Shown here in pieces: positions 50,666 to 61,640 of a stretch of 64,000 nucleotides of DNA. Below the pieces are notes generated by a model. That model saw only the letters and a list, made by a program, of their open reading frames with translations, ran no database searches and was not told the origin of the DNA. Position numbers and translations under genes: made by a program. Every line of letters starts with the position of its first letter. Position 1 is the first letter of the stretch. Source of the stretch: Proteobacteria bacterium UBA652 (GTDB taxonomy: Bacteria > Pseudomonadota > Gammaproteobacteria > Nitrosococcales > Methylophagaceae); assembly GCA_002299915.1 (NCBI GenBank), contig DBOG01000014.1, positions 6,268 through 70,267 of the forward strand, written 5' to 3'.

Positions 50666-52299
50666 ATTGGGCAAGTCAGTTGACCTAAACTTTCGGTTAA
50701 TTTTAAGTTTTCACGATAGTCTACAGGACAATCAATAATGGTGACGGTATCTTGGGCTAAGGAATGTTCCAGTGCTGGCATCAGTTGCTCAGTGCTTTCA
50801 ATTCTGACGCCTGTAGCACCAAAAGATTCAGCATATTGAACAAAATCTGGGTTGTTAAATTTGACATGGCTACTGCGGCCAAATTGATTCTGTTGTTTCC
50901 ATTCAATCAGTCCATAACTGGCATCATTCCACACTAAAATAACGACAGCGATATTGAGCCGCATCGCCGTTTCTATTTCTTGGGAATTCATTAAGAATCC
51001 TGCATCGCCGGTAACGGCGACCACTTTGCGTTCTGGGTATGCCAGTTTGGCAGCAATGGCACCAGGCACTGCAATCCCCATGCTGGCAAAGCCATTGGAG
51101 ATAATGCAGGTGTTTGGATGTTCGCAGCGAAACATGCGTGCCATCCACATTTTATGCGCGCCTACATCGCAGATAACAATATCTTTTAGATCTAGTGCGG
51201 TGCGTAAATCCCAAATAATTTTCTGGGGTTTAACCGGAAATTTAGGATCATCGCGATACTGATTCATTTCATTAATTAAACCATTGCGTAATGTACGCAT
51301 GGCTTTGCCTTGATGGGGAATCGCTAAGTCAGCTAGCTGAGTGAGGCTATTATTAATATTACCAATCACACTTAATTTGGGCGTGTAATGCGCATCCACT
51401 TCGGCATGATTAGCATCAATATGGATTAAAGTACGATCCCGTGAGGGGTGCCATAAATGCGGATGGTATTCAACCATATCATAGCCGATACAAATAATGA
51501 CATCAGCATTACCAAAACCACAGTTAGCATAATCATTGGCTTGCAGACCGACACTGCCCAATGCCATGGGATGGCGAAAAGGAATGATCCCTTTGGCCAT
51601 AAAGGTATTGGCAACGGGAATGTTTAATCGTTTTGCAAAATGAGCAAGCGCTTTACCCGCATCCGCGCGCACCACGCCATTACCTGCCAGAATAATGGGG
51701 TGCTCGGCTTGAGAAATTAATTGGGCGGCTTGTTCCAGCTGTGCTGTGGCTGGCTCTGCACATAAAGCAGGGTGCACGTCTAACGGTATATCTTGTTTAG
51801 CCACGGCCATCTCAGCAATATTTTCAGGAAACTCAATAAAACAGGCTCCCGTTTTTTCTGTTTGCGCGACATTAAATGCCTTACTTACAATTTCAGGAAT
51901 GGTTTCTGGGCTGAGAATGCGAGTAGCGTATTTCGTGATAGGTTGAAACATCGCTTCTAAATCTAAGACTTGATGCGATTCTTTATGTAAACGATGGGTA
52001 GAGGCTTGCCCTGCGATGGCGACGAGTGGCGCATTATCCATATTGGCATCAGCAACGCCCGTAATAAGATTGGTCGCACCCGGCCCAAGTGTGGCGAGGC
52101 ACACGCCAGCTTTACCTGTCAGTCGACCATACACATCTGCCATAAAGGCCGCACCTTGCTCATGGCGGGTGGTGATAAATTCAATTTTAGAATCCAGCAA
52201 GGCATCCATTACATCTAAGTTTTCCTCACCCGGAATACCAAAAATATAGCGTACGCCTTCATTTTCAAGGCATTGGATAAACAGTTTGGATGCGTTCAT
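50662..52299 (-). CDS. thiamine-diphosphate enzyme, acetolactate synthase large subunit-like (catabolic AlsS type)
   Basis: 545 aa from MNASKLFIQCLENEGVRYIFGIPGEENL. TRHEQGAAFMADVYGR. ThDP motif GDAGFLMNSQEIETA ... VWNDASYG. Confidence 0.8.
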   Translation of the reverse strand: MNASKLFIQCLENEGVRYIFGIPGEENLDVMDALLDSKIEFITTRHEQGAAFMADVYGRLTGKAGVCLATLGPGATNLITGVADANMDNAPLVAIAGQASTHRLHKESHQVLDLEAMFQPITKYATRILSPETIPEIVSKAFNVAQTEKTGACFIEFPENIAEMAVAKQDIPLDVHPALCAEPATAQLEQAAQLISQAEHPIILAGNGVVRADAGKALAHFAKRLNIPVANTFMAKGIIPFRHPMALGSVGLQANDYANCGFGNADVIICIGYDMVEYHPHLWHPSRDRTLIHIDANHAEVDAHYTPKLSVIGNINNSLTQLADLAIPHQGKAMRTLRNGLINEMNQYRDDPKFPVKPQKIIWDLRTALDLKDIVICDVGAHKMWMARMFRCEHPNTCIISNGFASMGIAVPGAIAAKLAYPERKVVAVTGDAGFLMNSQEIETAMRLNIAVVILVWNDASYGLIEWKQQNQFGRSSHVKFNNPDFVQYAESFGATGVRIESTEQLMPALEHSLAQDTVTIIDCPVDYRENLKLTESLGQLTCPI

Positions 52300-52585
52300 A
52301 GGTAAATTCGTTTTAAAATTTCGTATCAAGATAGACTAACAGAAAGCGTTAAGATTACAGAATAATTTGACAACAGTGAAGGGGGGGCTTTATTCGATAA
52401 TACAAAATACGGATGAGACTAGCTGTTTCCAACTTTCTTGTGAATCAAAATTGTTGAGAAATAATTGTAGGGTCTTTTTCGTGGCATTACCCTGATTCGC
52501 ATTCATCAGATAGAGGGGAATATAAGAGGGCGGCTTTGCGGCCATCAGAAAACCACACAGTTATTGCATGCGGTTAGCATCATTA

Positions 52586-52948
52586 TCAAGAGAATTGATG
52601 GCTAAAAGTTAGATTGGTTTGTTGATACTTTTTTAATGATCCCAATTCTGTTGAGAAAAGAGTATCTAGTGTGTCATCATTTGATTTATCAATAATGCGT
52701 TGCCGATCATAAAACTCATAGGCGTTGGCGATAACCAGCAATTCTGCCGCTTGGCGATAATGCCTATCGTCGGCACATTGTTTGGCGGCTAGCGTAATCT
52801 CTGCTGCGGAGAGTGTATTTTTAACTGATTCGGTGGAGAGACAGATTGTAAGCATAGATGCTTCAATTTCTGCATGCTGGCTGACATGTGGTGCGGCGAC
52901 ACTTATGGTGATAAACAATAAGCTTAGATGCAGTGCGTTTTCAAACAT
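52586..52948 (-). CDS. hypothetical protein with a possible N-terminal signal sequence
   Basis: 120-aa ORF 5 nt downstream of the acyltransferase gene, in an AT-rich region. No family recognised. Confidence 0.35.
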   Translation of the reverse strand: MFENALHLSLLFITISVAAPHVSQHAEIEASMLTICLSTESVKNTLSAAEITLAAKQCADDRHYRQAAELLVIANAYEFYDRQRIIDKSNDDTLDTLFSTELGSLKKYQQTNLTFSHQFS

Positions 52949-52953
52949 ATGCT

Positions 52954-54108
52954 TTAAAGTGTACGTTTAGAGGGTCGAATACGATGAATAATATTTTCTA
53001 ATAAAATATAGTTTCCTTTCATTTTCAGACATCTTTTTTCGATTAAATGCCAAGAGAGGAAGGCTAGAATAAAGCTGATTACAAAAGCGAGTAATATCAT
53101 TTTCGAGACCGAAATATTGGGAAATAGGGCGGCAATGGACTGCTGGACAGGGAAGGCATAGATATATAAACCGTAAGAATAATCACCAAAATGGTTAAAC
53201 CGCCGGATAGTGCCTTTAGGGATGTAGGCGAGATAAAACACTAAATAGGGTAATAAGATACTGTAGCAAATTAAGAATAATTTTTTGTCATATATGACTA
53301 ATAAAAAAAATAAAAAAAGAATAGCAAAAAACAATTTTGATGAGATCACAATGTGGTCTCGCCACATGTAAAATGCGGAACCGATGAAAAAACTAGTGAA
53401 TAGCCGAAGCGCATCACTGGGTGGCGGCCCCCTAAAAAACACATTGAAAAAACAGGTGCCATAGGTTGGCATGGAGCCATAAATATAACTGAAAGTTTGG
53501 ATGGCAATAGCGATGAGAGCAATACTGAGGAAGATAAATTTGAAGATATTTTTGTTTATCCAGCGCTGTAGGTAAATTAGCGATGTGCCAAGCAGAAATA
53601 AATAGACATACATTCTTATTTCAACAGGAAGGGTCCATAGTGATCCATTAAGGGCCCTTGAGTGCGGGTTATTTAGAAATACGCCAGGCAAGTTCCATTC
53701 AACATAAATTGAGAACATAGTCGTGTTTTTAAGGAGGAAGCGTTGTGTTTGAGGATCAGAAAGATAGTTTGACGTTGTTTCGGTGGTAAAAAACAAACCG
53801 ACTGCGACAATACAGAAGAGGACAGCAACGATAAGCGCTGGATATATTCTTAGTATGCGGGCCCAAATAAAGGCAAGAGGGTTATTGCGGATGAATAGGC
53901 TGTTCGCAACGAGAAATCCACTGGTAATGAAAAACACGTCTAGTGCTATTTTCCCACCATCGATGCCAAGAAATTTGGCAAAAACATCTCCTTGAGAAGC
54001 AGTTAGATAATAACTATGGGCATATAAAACAAGTACGGCCGCAAGGAACCGGAGGAGATTAAAGTTATTATCTCGTGTGTTTGTGTAATGGGATATTACT
54101 TCCCCCAT
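52954..54108 (-). CDS. acyltransferase family 3 (OafA/YrhL-like) integral membrane O-acyltransferase
   Basis: 384 aa, about 10 TM helices. N-terminal NFNLLRFLAAVLVLYAHSY, FFITSGFL and SYGLYIYAFPVQQ motifs. The ATG is 3 nt after the gatA stop. Visibly AT-rich. Confidence 0.8.
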   Translation of the reverse strand: MGEVISHYTNTRDNNFNLLRFLAAVLVLYAHSYYLTASQGDVFAKFLGIDGGKIALDVFFITSGFLVANSLFIRNNPLAFIWARILRIYPALIVAVLFCIVAVGLFFTTETTSNYLSDPQTQRFLLKNTTMFSIYVEWNLPGVFLNNPHSRALNGSLWTLPVEIRMYVYLFLLGTSLIYLQRWINKNIFKFIFLSIALIAIAIQTFSYIYGSMPTYGTCFFNVFFRGPPPSDALRLFTSFFIGSAFYMWRDHIVISSKLFFAILFLFFLLVIYDKKLFLICYSILLPYLVFYLAYIPKGTIRRFNHFGDYSYGLYIYAFPVQQSIAALFPNISVSKMILLAFVISFILAFLSWHLIEKRCLKMKGNYILLENIIHRIRPSKRTL

Positions 54109-54111
54109 TAT

Positions 54112-55569
54112 TTATCCAGCAAACGCATCGGGTGCTTGCTGATGCCAATCGGTGACTTGTTGGTAGCGATGGGCGACATTCAGCAGGCGCGCTTCATCAA
54201 AATAATTACCGATGATTTGTAATCCGACGGGTAAACCATCAACGAAACCAGCAGGAATTGACATGCCAGGTAGGCCTGCTAGGTTAGTGCTGATGGTGTA
54301 GATATCGGCGAGATACATAGCAACAGGATCGTCGGTTTTTTCGCCTGCTTTGAAGGCGGTGGTCGGCGAGGTTGGCCCCATGATGACATCGACTTGTTTG
54401 AATGCTGCTACAAAATCATCACGAATTAAGCGACGGCACTGTTGGGCTTTGAGATAATAGGCATCGTAGTAACCTGCTGACAGGGCATAGGTGCCCGTCA
54501 TAATGCGGCGTTTTACTTCTTCGCCGAAGCCTTCGCCACGCGAGCGGGTATAGAGATCTTCTAAATCAACGGGATCTTCACAACGATGGCCAAATCGCAC
54601 ACCATCCATGCGTGAGAGATTAGTAGAGCATTCTGCTGGCGCGACCACATAATAGGTTGGTACGGCGAGTTTGGTATTGGGTAAGCTAATTTCTTTGATG
54701 GTGGCGCCGAGGGTTTCATATTGTTTGATGGCGGCTTGAATGGTGTCATTCACCGCAGGATCGAGCCCTGCATCAAAATATTCTGTGGGTAAGCCAATCG
54801 TTAGTCCGTCAAGTGGCGTATTCAAATCGGTGGTGTAATCTGGAACAGGGTGGTCAACGCTGGTGGAGTCACGTTCATCAAAACCAGCCATTGCCTGCAT
54901 GAGCATGGCGGCATCTTCTGCACTGCGTGCCATCGGACCTGCTTGATCAAGGCTTGAGGCGAAGGCAATCATGCCATACCGAGAAATGCGACCATAAGTG
55001 GGTTTGAGGCCAGTTAAGTTACACAATGCGGCAGGTTGACGGATAGAACCACCTGTATCGGTGCCTGTTGCAATTGGCGCAAGTTGTGCGGCAACTGCTG
55101 CAGCAGAACCGCCAGATGAGCCGCCTGGCACGCGATCGGTATCCCATGGATTGCTCACTGCGCCATAAAAGCTGGTTTCATTGGAGGAGCCCATGGCAAA
55201 TTCATCCATATTGGTTTTGCCAAGCAGGACCATGCCAGCGGTATTGAGCTTTTCAACCACTGTTGCATTATAAGGCGCGATAAAGTTATCGAGCATTTTT
55301 GAGCCACAGCTGGTGCGTACGCCTTGGGTGCAAAAAATATCTTTGTGTGCCAGTGGAATGCCAGTCAGTGGCCCTGCTGTACCCGCTTTAAATTGTGTAT
55401 CGGCATCGGTAGCTTGGGCTAAGGCAGATTCTTCACAAATGGTGATGTAGGCATTCAGTTCACCGTTATATTGTTTGATCCGGTCAAGATAGTGTTGGGT
55501 GAGCGCAACGCTGGTGATGTCGCCGTTATGAAGTGCGGTGGAGAGTTCAGAAAGTGATTTTGTGTGCAT
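54112..55569 (-). CDS. gatA: Asp-tRNA(Asn)/Glu-tRNA(Gln) amidotransferase subunit A
   Basis: 485 aa. Amidase signature [19 protein letters not shown] and [12 protein letters not shown]. Confidence 0.95.
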   Translation of the reverse strand: MHTKSLSELSTALHNGDITSVALTQHYLDRIKQYNGELNAYITICEESALAQATDADTQFKAGTAGPLTGIPLAHKDIFCTQGVRTSCGSKMLDNFIAPYNATVVEKLNTAGMVLLGKTNMDEFAMGSSNETSFYGAVSNPWDTDRVPGGSSGGSAAAVAAQLAPIATGTDTGGSIRQPAALCNLTGLKPTYGRISRYGMIAFASSLDQAGPMARSAEDAAMLMQAMAGFDERDSTSVDHPVPDYTTDLNTPLDGLTIGLPTEYFDAGLDPAVNDTIQAAIKQYETLGATIKEISLPNTKLAVPTYYVVAPAECSTNLSRMDGVRFGHRCEDPVDLEDLYTRSRGEGFGEEVKRRIMTGTYALSAGYYDAYYLKAQQCRRLIRDDFVAAFKQVDVIMGPTSPTTAFKAGEKTDDPVAMYLADIYTISTNLAGLPGMSIPAGFVDGLPVGLQIIGNYFDEARLLNVAHRYQQVTDWHQQAPDAFAG

Positions 55570-55617
55570 ATTATTGCCTGTGGTGTGTTTTGCTTGTTTA
55601 ATGTCAGTTAGCGATAA

Positions 55618-55905
55618 TTATTCGATAACTTGAGGGACGAGATAAACCCCTGCTTCTGTTTTAGGCGCAATAGATTGAAATAATTCGCGCTGATTGGTTT
55701 CCGTTACGCAATCTTCGCGCAATCTTTGCACTGCATCGAGTGGATGTGCCATGGGGATAATATTGTGGGTGTCGACTTCATTCATTTGCTCGACAAGGGC
55801 GAAAATATTACTAAGCGTTTGCGCATATTCAGGAATATCCTGCCCATTAATGCCTAAACGTGCTAAGTGAGCAATCTTTTCTACATCGGTTCTATCTAAA
55901 CTCAT
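55618..55905 (-). CDS. gatC: Asp-tRNA(Asn)/Glu-tRNA(Gln) amidotransferase subunit C
   Basis: 95 aa from [17 protein letters not shown]. The longer ORF to 55980 is rejected. Confidence 0.9.
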   Translation of the reverse strand: MSLDRTDVEKIAHLARLGINGQDIPEYAQTLSNIFALVEQMNEVDTHNIIPMAHPLDAVQRLREDCVTETNQRELFQSIAPKTEAGVYLVPQVIE

Positions 55906-55991
55906 TACGGGTTCCGTGGAATTTAATGGAAAAAAGAGGTAGTTTAAATGATTCTGCGCTTGCTCAACAGCCCCTTGCATTGATAAAGTAG

Positions 55992-57077
<1,086 letters not shown>

Positions 57078-57165
57078 AGAGTGATGCACCGCGCCATTTC
57101 GTCTCCTCGCCTTTGTGAATATATTGTTACTCACAGAGGCGATTTTATTTTAAGGGAAGTGAGAA

Positions 57166-58083
57166 ATTAAATCCTTATTCACGCATGCACCATCACTAAA
57201 TACCCGTTTATTGTTGGTGGGTGTTTTGTCGGCGGTATTACTGTTATTGGATGCACGGACGCATTATATGGTGCCAGTACGTTCGGCAGTAACATCATTG
57301 TTGCACCCTATTCATGTGATAGCGGCAGCACCCAGTAAAATAATACAAGATCTAAGCGCTTATTTCGAAAGTAGGACACAATTACAGCATGATAATGAAA
57401 TATTCGCTGCAAAACAGTTATTGGATAACGCCCGATTACTAAAATTACAAACTTTAGAGTCTGAAAATAACAGATTACGCTCCCTATTAGGTTCCTCTTT
57501 CCGCTTGCAGGAACGTGTACTGGTCGCTGAATTAGTCACCGTTGATTTAGACCCGTTTTCGCAGTGGGTGTTGATTGATAAAGGATTGAGTGATGGTGTG
57601 ACGATTAACCAAGCGGTGTTAGATGCGCAAGGTATTATGGGGCAGGTGGTCGATGTATCAGAATGGACTAGTACCGTTGTTTTATTAACCGATCCTAGCC
57701 ATGCGATCCCAGTGCAGGTTAATCGAAATGGTCTTAGAGCTGTTGCCGTTGGCCAAGGGCTTGGTCAGCCACTCAAATTAATTCATATGCCACAAAATAG
57801 TGATGTGGAAATTGGCGACATACTGAGTACATCTGGCTTAGGCGGCCGATTTCCAGAAGGCTATCCTGTTGGGACGATAGGTAATATTGGCGGCCCAGAA
57901 GGCGAACCGTTTGCTGCGATTGAGGTGTTGCCGCTTGCGAAGTTAAATATCAGTAGAGAATTATTATTAGTGCTGCCTGGAGAAAAGATAACCTCATCTA
58001 TTGGAGCGAAGCCTGTGGGAGAAGATGAAGCAGCAATAATAGGATCGTCAGCGCCGCCAGTAGAGGAGACGCTCGATGAGTAG
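57166..58083 (+). CDS. mreC: rod shape-determining protein MreC (conserved N-terminus begins at an ATT codon)
   Basis: The frame reads (ATT)KSLFTHAPSLNTRLLLVGVL, colinear with the E. coli MKPIFSRGPSLQIRLILAVL. There is an in-frame TGA at 57160-57162 and no ATG/GTG/TTG before 57211. The body contains SGLGGRFPEGYPVG. Confidence 0.8.
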   Translation: MKSLFTHAPSLNTRLLLVGVLSAVLLLLDARTHYMVPVRSAVTSLLHPIHVIAAAPSKIIQDLSAYFESRTQLQHDNEIFAAKQLLDNARLLKLQTLESENNRLRSLLGSSFRLQERVLVAELVTVDLDPFSQWVLIDKGLSDGVTINQAVLDAQGIMGQVVDVSEWTSTVVLLTDPSHAIPVQVNRNGLRAVAVGQGLGQPLKLIHMPQNSDVEIGDILSTSGLGGRFPEGYPVGTIGNIGGPEGEPFAAIEVLPLAKLNISRELLLVLPGEKITSSIGAKPVGEDEAAIIGSSAPPVEETLDE

Positions 58084-58540
58084 AAACATTGTGATCATCA
58101 TGCTGACCTTTTTATTAGCTATTTTATTGATGCTGCTACAACTGCCTGAAGCATGGCAGATGTTTCGCCCTGAATGGGTAATGCTGGTATTGGTTTATTG
58201 GGCATTGGCATTACCCAAGCGTGTGGGTGTGATGTGGGGATGGTGGATGGGCCTATTGATGGATGTTTTATTGGGCGCTCACCTTGGTCTATTAGCCTTT
58301 GCTTATGCTTTAGCAACGTATTTAGCGCTTAAATTTTATTTACAACTACGCCAATACCCTGTGCTGCAACAAACCCTACCGGTTTTCTTTTTGGTGATAT
58401 TTGTAAAACTAATTGCAGCTACGATGGCACCTGAATTTGTGGGGAGACTGGTTTGGGGGCCGGCCTTGGTGAGTGCGGCAGTCTGGCCTTTTATCTTCAC
58501 GGTCTTACGCTGGTTGCGTAGACATTTCCATATTCGTTAA
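58076..58540 (+). CDS. mreD: rod shape-determining protein MreD
   Basis: 154 aa, five TM helices, overlaps the mreC stop. Confidence 0.8.
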   Translation: MSRNIVIIMLTFLLAILLMLLQLPEAWQMFRPEWVMLVLVYWALALPKRVGVMWGWWMGLLMDVLLGAHLGLLAFAYALATYLALKFYLQLRQYPVLQQTLPVFFLVIFVKLIAATMAPEFVGRLVWGPALVSAAVWPFIFTVLRWLRRHFHIR

Positions 58541-58557
58541 CGCACTCAATACATTCA

Positions 58558-60519
58558 ATGGCTATTCGAGCAACCCTTAAAAATCATGGAGATGAAAGTC
58601 GATTAATTAATCGACGTTTATTACTCGCTGGGTTATTTGCTTTTATATTATTACTTGGCTTGATGGCACGGTTGCTTGTATTGCAAGTGCTGAAGTACGA
58701 TCATTTTGATAAATTATCGGCTAATAATCATATTGATATTACAGCAATAGGCCCGCAACGAGGATTAATTTATGACCGAAATGGCGTGTTATTGGCAGAT
58801 AATGTCCCCACCTTTAGCTTGGAGCTCACCGCTGAAAAAGTAGCTAATTTAGAGTTTACCTTACAAACATTAGCAGACTTGTTTGCCTTGGACACAGTAG
58901 AAATAGCGGCTATTAGAAAGGAAATAAAGCAGCAGAGATCTTTTCGACAAGTGGTGGTTAGGCAGCGTTTAACGGAAGAAGAAGTGGCCATCTTTTCAGT
59001 GAATCGCCATCGTTTGCCTGGAGTAGATGTCGTCGCACGGCTGTTGCGGAATTATCCACAAGGTGCTTTATTTACCCATGCTGTTGGTTATGTTGGGCGT
59101 ATCAATGAAAAAGATTTAATGCGGATTGATGTGCAGGCCTACAAAGGGACCTCACATATTGGGAAAACAGGTATTGAAAAATATTATGAATCTACGTTAC
59201 ATGGTGAAGTGGGCTATCAGCAGGTAGAAACCAATGCCAGCGGTCGTGTGGTGCGACAATTATCCCGTGAACCAGCCACATCAGGTCAAGATTTGTTTTT
59301 GTACTTAGATCTTAAGCTGCAACAAACAGCGGCGGATGCGCTTAGTGATGCGGAATTTAATGGCGCCATTGTTGCGATGGATCCTCGAACAGGAGGGGTG
59401 ATTGCGATGGTTAGCCAACCTGATTTTGACCCGAATGCATTTGTTTCAGGTATTGGTTATAAAGCCTATGGTGAATTACGTGATTCACCTGACAGGCCTT
59501 TATTTGATCGTACCTTGCGAGGACGTTATCCACCAGGTTCCACATTAAAACCTTTTGTCGCCTTGGCAGGGCTAGAAGCTGGACTGGTTCACTCACACAA
59601 TAAGGTGTTTTGCCCTGGTTGGTATAAATTGCCGGGAAAGGAGCATCGCTATCGTTGCTGGAAACGGCGGGGGCACGGTAAAATGGACTTACTAAATGCT
59701 TTGGGACAATCGTGTGATGTTTATTTTTATGATTTAACGATGACATTGGGTATTGATCGTTTACATGGTTTTTTGAATTTATTTAATTTTGGTCGTAAAA
59801 CGGGTGTGGATGTGGCAGGAGAAAGTGCGGGATTATCGCCCTCAAGGGAATGGAAGCGCGCTGCCCGGAATCAGGTTTGGTTTCCAGGTGAAACTTTAAT
59901 TTCGGGTATTGGCCAAGGCTTTAATCAAATGACACCGATACAGCTAGCGCATGCGACAGCTATCTTGGCAATGCGTGGCCAAGTTCGTCCGCCACGAGTA
60001 GTGCGTGCAACCCGTGATACAGGTGAACAGGATATTGTATCGTTACCCATAGAGTTAGGTGAAAGTGTGCCCATTATTGATCCTCAGAATTGGGAAAGTG
60101 CGATCGATGGTATGATTGAAGTGATGCATGGAAAAAGAGGCACAGCGCGGCGATCGGCAATTGACTTACCGTTTGAAATCGCAGGTAAAACAGGAACGGC
60201 GCAGGTATTTAATATCAAGCAGAATGAAAAATATGATGCAGCAACCTTGGAAAAGAAATTACATGATCATGCTTTATTTATTGCGATTGCACCTGCCGAC
60301 GATCCACAGTTTGTGGTGGCGGTTGTGGTAGAAAATGGAGGGGGAGGGAGTAAGGTAGCTGCCCCTATGGCACGAAAAATGATTGATGCCTATTTTGGCT
60401 TTGATGAAGAGAAAGAGGAAGTCGAAGCGGACGAGGAAAAGGAAGAAACAGACGAGACACCAGATGAATCTGAATCAGAACAGACCACGAGCAATAATGG
60501 TGCAGGAACGAGCGAATGA
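58558..60519 (+). CDS. mrdA: penicillin-binding protein 2 (peptidoglycan D,D-transpeptidase MrdA) with an acidic C-terminal tail
   Basis: 653 aa. RGLIYDRNG, STLKP (active-site Ser), SGIGQG-like region and KTGTAQV motifs. The last about 40 aa are Glu/Asp-rich. Confidence 0.95.
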   Translation: MAIRATLKNHGDESRLINRRLLLAGLFAFILLLGLMARLLVLQVLKYDHFDKLSANNHIDITAIGPQRGLIYDRNGVLLADNVPTFSLELTAEKVANLEFTLQTLADLFALDTVEIAAIRKEIKQQRSFRQVVVRQRLTEEEVAIFSVNRHRLPGVDVVARLLRNYPQGALFTHAVGYVGRINEKDLMRIDVQAYKGTSHIGKTGIEKYYESTLHGEVGYQQVETNASGRVVRQLSREPATSGQDLFLYLDLKLQQTAADALSDAEFNGAIVAMDPRTGGVIAMVSQPDFDPNAFVSGIGYKAYGELRDSPDRPLFDRTLRGRYPPGSTLKPFVALAGLEAGLVHSHNKVFCPGWYKLPGKEHRYRCWKRRGHGKMDLLNALGQSCDVYFYDLTMTLGIDRLHGFLNLFNFGRKTGVDVAGESAGLSPSREWKRAARNQVWFPGETLISGIGQGFNQMTPIQLAHATAILAMRGQVRPPRVVRATRDTGEQDIVSLPIELGESVPIIDPQNWESAIDGMIEVMHGKRGTARRSAIDLPFEIAGKTGTAQVFNIKQNEKYDAATLEKKLHDHALFIAIAPADDPQFVVAVVVENGGGGSKVAAPMARKMIDAYFGFDEEKEEVEADEEKEETDETPDESESEQTTSNNGAGTSE

Positions 60520-61640
60520 GCTTAATTGATCGACAGCAACCAGCACGTTGGAGTTTGACTGGTTTCTTAGCACGTATTCATTTGGATGCGATGTTATTGC
60601 TTTTATTGTTGGCCGTATCGGGTATTGGTTTATTATTGTTATATAGTGCGAGTGATCAAGATATAGATTTATTGATCCGCCATGGAATACGGCTTGCTGC
60701 GGCGGTAGGGATGATGTTTGTATTGGCTCAAATTCATCCAGACCGTTATCGAGATACGGCTTATATTCTCTATGGGGCTGGCTTGATTTTATTGATTGCC
60801 GTGTTGGTGATGGGCACAATGGGAAAAGGTGCGCAAAGATGGTTAGATTTGGGTTTTTTTCGATTTCAACCTTCAGAAATAATGAAACTGGCAGTGCCTA
60901 TTTTAGTGGCGACCTTTTTATCAGAGAAAACGCTGCCACCTACGGCAGGTCGTCTATTTTTGGGTTTGGTGATGGTATTAATTCCTACACTTTTAATTGC
61001 AAAACAACCTGATCTGGGGACGGCATTACTAATTGCTAGCTCGGGTATTATTGTGCTGTTTTTATCGGGTATTTCATGGCGGATTATTTTTGCTTTTATC
61101 AGTCTGTCTGCTGCGGCATTGCCTGTGCTCTGGTATGTAATGCATGATTATCAGCGTCAGCGGGTGTTGACGTTTATCAATCCAGAAAGCGATCCACTTG
61201 GTTCAGGCTATCATATTATCCAATCGAAAATTGCGATTGGTTCTGGCGGGGTGATGGGCTTAGGTTGGTTACAAGGGAAGCAGTCGCATTTAGACTTTTT
61301 GCCTGAAAGTTCAACGGATTTTGTGTTTGCGGTGATTGCGGAAGAATTTGGCTTGATTGGCGCCTGTCTATTGTTATTAAGCTATTTTTTTGTGGCTAGC
61401 CGTGGCTTATATATTGCGAGTCAGGCACAATCGGGATTTGGTCGATTATTGGCGGGGAGTATTTCGCTGGTTTTTCTGGTCTATGTTTTTGTAAATGTTG
61501 GAATGGTGACGGGATTATTACCTGTGGTGGGTATACCGTTGCCATTAATTAGTTATGGGGGCACATCAATGGTGACCTTATTTGCAGGATTCGGTATCCT
61601 GATGTCTATACATACCCACAGGAGGATGATGGGACCATGA
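60516..61640 (+). CDS. rodA: peptidoglycan glycosyltransferase RodA (SEDS family)
   Basis: 374 aa. FQPSEIMKLA, PDLGTALL, ESSTDFVFAVIAEEFG and PLISYGGTSM motifs. Confidence 0.95.
   Translation: MSLIDRQQPARWSLTGFLARIHLDAMLLLLLLAVSGIGLLLLYSASDQDIDLLIRHGIRLAAAVGMMFVLAQIHPDRYRDTAYILYGAGLILLIAVLVMGTMGKGAQRWLDLGFFRFQPSEIMKLAVPILVATFLSEKTLPPTAGRLFLGLVMVLIPTLLIAKQPDLGTALLIASSGIIVLFLSGISWRIIFAFISLSAAALPVLWYVMHDYQRQRVLTFINPESDPLGSGYHIIQSKIAIGSGGVMGLGWLQGKQSHLDFLPESSTDFVFAVIAEEFGLIGACLLLLSYFFVASRGLYIASQAQSGFGRLLAGSISLVFLVYVFVNVGMVTGLLPVVGIPLPLISYGGTSMVTLFAGFGILMSIHTHRRMMGP

Noticed and set aside
52390-52545. 51-aa minus-strand ORF (MAAKPPSYIPLYLMNANQGNATKK ...) in the gap between the orphan ORF and the ThDP enzyme gene
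   Set aside because: I found no convincing SD, no recognisable motif and nothing else to support it. It could be a gene fragment, but that cannot be supported from sequence alone.
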